NCBI RefSeq assembly: GCF_009914755.1
Contig: NC_060947.1
Direction: 5' to 3' (one strand)
DNA length: 64,000 nt
Source: the human T2T-CHM13v2.0 reference genome, Homo sapiens
Shown here: positions 60,488 to 64,000 of the stretch, piece by piece
How the letters are laid out: each line of letters begins with the position of its first letter
Position numbering within the stretch: position 1 is the first letter of the stretch
Notes under the pieces: model-generated
What the model saw: only the letters and a program-made list of their open reading frames with translations
What the model was told of the DNA's origin: nothing
Database searches by the model: none
Made by a program: the position numbers and the translations under genes

Positions 60488-60675
60488 TCACTGGGAAATA
60501 TCTGTACCTAAATACTTCTCCGAAAATGATTTAAGGTGTTTGTGCTAAATAGTAGAGTATGAGTATGATGACACATGTCTATTTTCTTTTTGCACTTTTT
60601 GATAAAATAGAAATTCCTTCATTACTCAGGTTCACAGAAATGTAAATGATTAGAATCAATAAAACAAAAGCTTAC

Positions 60676-60873
60676 TTTTCTCGATCTTCATACACACAGG
60701 AATAAATGAAAGTGTCGAAATTCTCAAACATATTTTTCTTGAACTTTTCGTGGGCCAGTGCGATTAAGAAATCCATATCTGAACATGTGCCCTCAGGCAC
60801 ACGGTAGTGACGTGCAATGGTTACAAATTCTTGCTCTGCAAGGTTTCCAACAGTCAAAGACATCAATATGTCT
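60676..60873 (-). CDS. EFHC2: EFHC2 internal coding exon (fourth from last), 198 bp, phase 2-2
   Basis: Minus-strand acceptor ttccatttttattacag|A and donor AA|gtaag. Encodes DILMSLTVGNLAEQEFVTIARHYRVPEGTCSDMDFLIALAHEKFKKNMFENFDTFIYSCVYEDRE(K). Frame is continuous with the next three exons. Protein recognised from memory. Confidence 0.93.
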
Positions 60874-62204
60874 CTGTAATAAAAATGGAAAAACATTTAT
60901 AAACTGATATCTAAGAATACAGTATTTTACATCTCCTTCTATTTAAAAGATCCAAATTCCATTTTACAAAACTTTTACCAACTGTACAGAGGTCATGTGA
61001 TTTTTTTAACTTAATTTCTCTTCTTAATTTGGGAGCAGCAGGAAGGCACCAATGCCAGAATGGAAAATCATAGGCACTGTAGCTTATAAATAAAATGGCA
61101 TTTTGCCCAGAGTTAAACACCTACCAAATAACAGCCTGCAACCAGGAAGTAAATTTTTAAAGGCTTTGAATGGTCAAAAAACCTATTACTAAGTACATGA
61201 CTTTATTCAATGCCTATTAATCTTCCTTACACAAAATAGTAACAGGCTTGGGTTTCTGGTTTCCTGGGACATAAAATTTGTAAGTTAATAAATTAGAAAG
61301 GTGTTTTGGGATGGGGAAAGCAATCATGCACATTTCTGTAATAAAAAGTAAAACTGGACACACCCTGGCAGTGAGAAAAAAAAACAAGAGAAAAAAAAAT
61401 GAAAAGTTAAAAGACCTATGTAAGCGTACAGCTGTCTGCATCTTTAGAAGGCAAATGGTACTGAGATTATTAGGCAGAGCTAAAAAAAAAAAACTAAACA
61501 ACAACATATCAATGAAGACGACTCAAGGCCTAGCAAATTGGCTGAATTGTTTTCAATGTAACTCTGTATGAAAGCCATAAACTAAGCAGCATACACCAGA
61601 CAGAATTATATCAAAATGATTAAAATGCAAAATGTTATGGTGGTTACAGGAATAAGCTTCCACTGTCTAGAAAATTTATTTACTGGAAATAATTCAGTTC
61701 CCAAGAATCCTGAATAAACAAGGGAATAGAAAATTTTATTTGGCCTTCTGCTAGAAAGAGGTCTTTCAGAATAAATGCTTTCAGTTCTTTTAGGTATTTC
61801 TGGACATTATCATCTAATAATTCTAGATTCTCCTAGTCAAGAATTTCCATAGAGTCTAGGAAAGCCCACAGCATTGATGTTGACCTATCTAAAGGAAATT
61901 CATTTAATCTACATCTACTTCTCAAGTTTCCTGGGTTGTTTTGTTTTGTTTAAATTTGGTTTTGCTTTTGTATTTTTAATGGGAAATGAATGCAAAATCC
62001 AACCAAGATGATCCCAGAATTTCAGCAAGTCAGGTCAGACAATCAATTAGTAATATTGGCAGGAGGCTCGCTATATGGAAAACACTGTAAAAGGCTCTCT
62101 GGCATTTGAACTTTTCAGAATCTGTTATCTATTTGCACTGTCCAAGCATATAGATGATCTTTCAAAGCCACAAACTGGTAGGGCCACTTAAATAAACTGA
62201 GTAA

Positions 62205-62425
62205 TAGCAATAACCTCTGCCATTTGTTGAGTACTGTGTGCCAGGTCCTGTGCTAGCAGGGACTTCTGGCATCTAGCCTAGGAGGTGGTGCTACTATTAT
62301 CCCCACTGTACAGATGTGAACTGAGGCACAGAAATGTTAAATAACCTGCCTAATGTCACAAAAGCCAGAATGTGAACCCGTGTAGTCTGGCTCTAAAGCT
62401 CATGCTCTTGCCTACTACTCTATCC
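62205..62425 (-). mobile_element. MIR
   Basis: tgtgccaggtcctgtgctag...tacagatgtgaactgaggcacaga. Confidence 0.75.
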
Positions 62426-62768
62426 CTCTTCTGTTGGGACACAGAAGGCGGAGAGAACTGATGGAGTGGGGCTCAGTCAGGAAATGTGCCTAAAGGCAGT
62501 GGGGTTTAAGCTGATTTTTTATGGACCTTTATTGCCTTTATTGTCCATCATCTCTGCTTTGAGGGCTATCACTAATCATTATTTAAAAAGTAAGAGAAAA
62601 TAATTTCAGAAAACCTGAGTCACCAACCATCTCTGACAGAGGGCTAAGTAACCACAAAAGAGCCACTCCAAGGAAAGCCCCTGGCTCCTCTACAACGCTG
62701 ATCAAGAAACAGTCATGCCATGTGTGTAAAATGGAACACTACATCACCATTAAAAGCATTATGTTTGG

Positions 62769-63078
62769 GGCCAGGCGTGGTGGCTCACGCTCGTAATCCC
62801 GGCACTTAGGGAGGCCAAGATGGGCAGATCGCCTGAGGTCAGGAGTTGAGATCAGCCTGGCACATGGTGAAACCCTATCTCTACTAAAAATACAAAAATT
62901 AGCTGGGCATGGTGGCACACACCTGTAATCCCAGGTACTCAGGAGGCTGAGGCACAGGAATCACTTGAACCCAACAGGCAGAGGTTGCGGTAGCTGAGAT
63001 CATGCCACTGCACTCCAGCCTGGGTGACAGAGTGAGACTCTGTCTCAAATAAATAAATAAATAAATAAAAATAAAAAA
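62769..63078 (+). mobile_element. AluS with (TAAA)n tail
   Basis: Full dimer. Confidence 0.92.
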
Positions 63079-63129
63079 GAAGATTATAGAAGAATAAATC
63101 TAAAAGTTAAAAAAAAGAAGTTATGATGT

Positions 63130-63417
63130 CTGGGAGGCTGAGGTAGGATTGCTTCAGCCCAGCAGTTTGAGGCTGCAGTGAGCTATGACCATGCCACTGT
63201 ACTCCAGTCAGGGCAACATAGTGAGAACCCATCTCTACCAAAAAAAAAAAAAAATAGCTGGGCATGGTGGCATGCACCTATAATCCCAGCTACTTGGGAA
63301 GCTGAGGCAGGAAGATCACTTGAAGTTTAGGAGTTTGAGGCTGCAGTGAGCTATGATCATACCACTGCACTCCAGCATGAGTGACAGACAAAGACCCCAT
63401 CTCTAAAAAAAGAAAAG
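63130..63417 (+). mobile_element. Atypical J-age Alu with two right-arm-type monomers
   Basis: Both arms contain gaggctgcagtgagctatga...ccactg(t/c)actccag. Confidence 0.8.
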
Positions 63418-64000
63418 TATGGTATTGATTGATATTTATTGGTAGGATAGATGTCCATGCTATGTTGATAAATGTAGTATGATCCCAGTGAAAAATCAAG
63501 ATACAGGTGCACATATGGTCATAGAAATAAGACCAGAAGGATGCATGCCAAAACATCAATAGTATTATCCTGAATGGTTGAGATGTCTTTTAAAAAAAAG
63601 TATTTCCATTTTTTCTGAATTTTTGTAATAATCAAATATTATTTTCATTGTCTAAATGAAAAAAAAAAACATTCGAAAGCATTTCCTTTTGAGAGTAGAA
63701 TATGGCGTGAAGAAGAGAAAGTGGCATGCTCCCAAGGACAAGGAAAAAGAACATGTGGAGCAATAACTAGAAACTTTCCATACACCTTTCACTAAACTTA
63801 TTATAGCACCACCAGAACATAAAAGTTTATTTTCCTTTTCATTGGATAAACTGAAATTATCCTGGCTTCACTGCAGTTAAAATTTATATCTGCTGGGTTT
63901 CTGTATGCTTGGGTTTTAAACAGCTCAGTATTCCGGTTTTACATGACTTTACATGAAAGTTTCAAAGAAGCTGTGCTATATTTGAAACTGCCAACAGCCC

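Noticed and set aside
60874-60896. N-terminal MFFHFYY of ORF 60672..60896
   Set aside because: This is the intron polypyrimidine tract and acceptor. The real exon starts at 60873 and the ORF's stop lies in the donor site.

Overview
Primate (almost certainly human) AT-rich, repeat-dense genomic DNA, not prokaryotic. The only protein-coding content I can support is four minus-strand exons (60873-60676, 58691-58599, 46334-46229, 31203-31102). They have canonical AG/GT boundaries, splice in frame, and encode a C-terminus I recognise as EFHC2 (Xp11.3, recalled from memory as a neighbour of NDP). A ~0.9 kb 3' UTR follows. Bases 1-26 kb are intergenic and consist mostly of old L1 pieces, Alus, LTRs and DNA-transposon MITEs. 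Nearly all supplied ORFs are chance or Alu/L1 artefacts. I found no evidence for a new biological system. The most interesting signals record retrotransposition mechanics: an L1PA with both a twin-priming inversion and a 3' transduction; a nested MER41B/THE1/L1 stack that keeps one STAT1 GAS site; a possible orphan retro-insertion; and a tail-less Alu. There is also a repeat-poor block downstream of the gene. Repeat subfamily names are from recalled consensus motifs and repeat boundaries are approximate.
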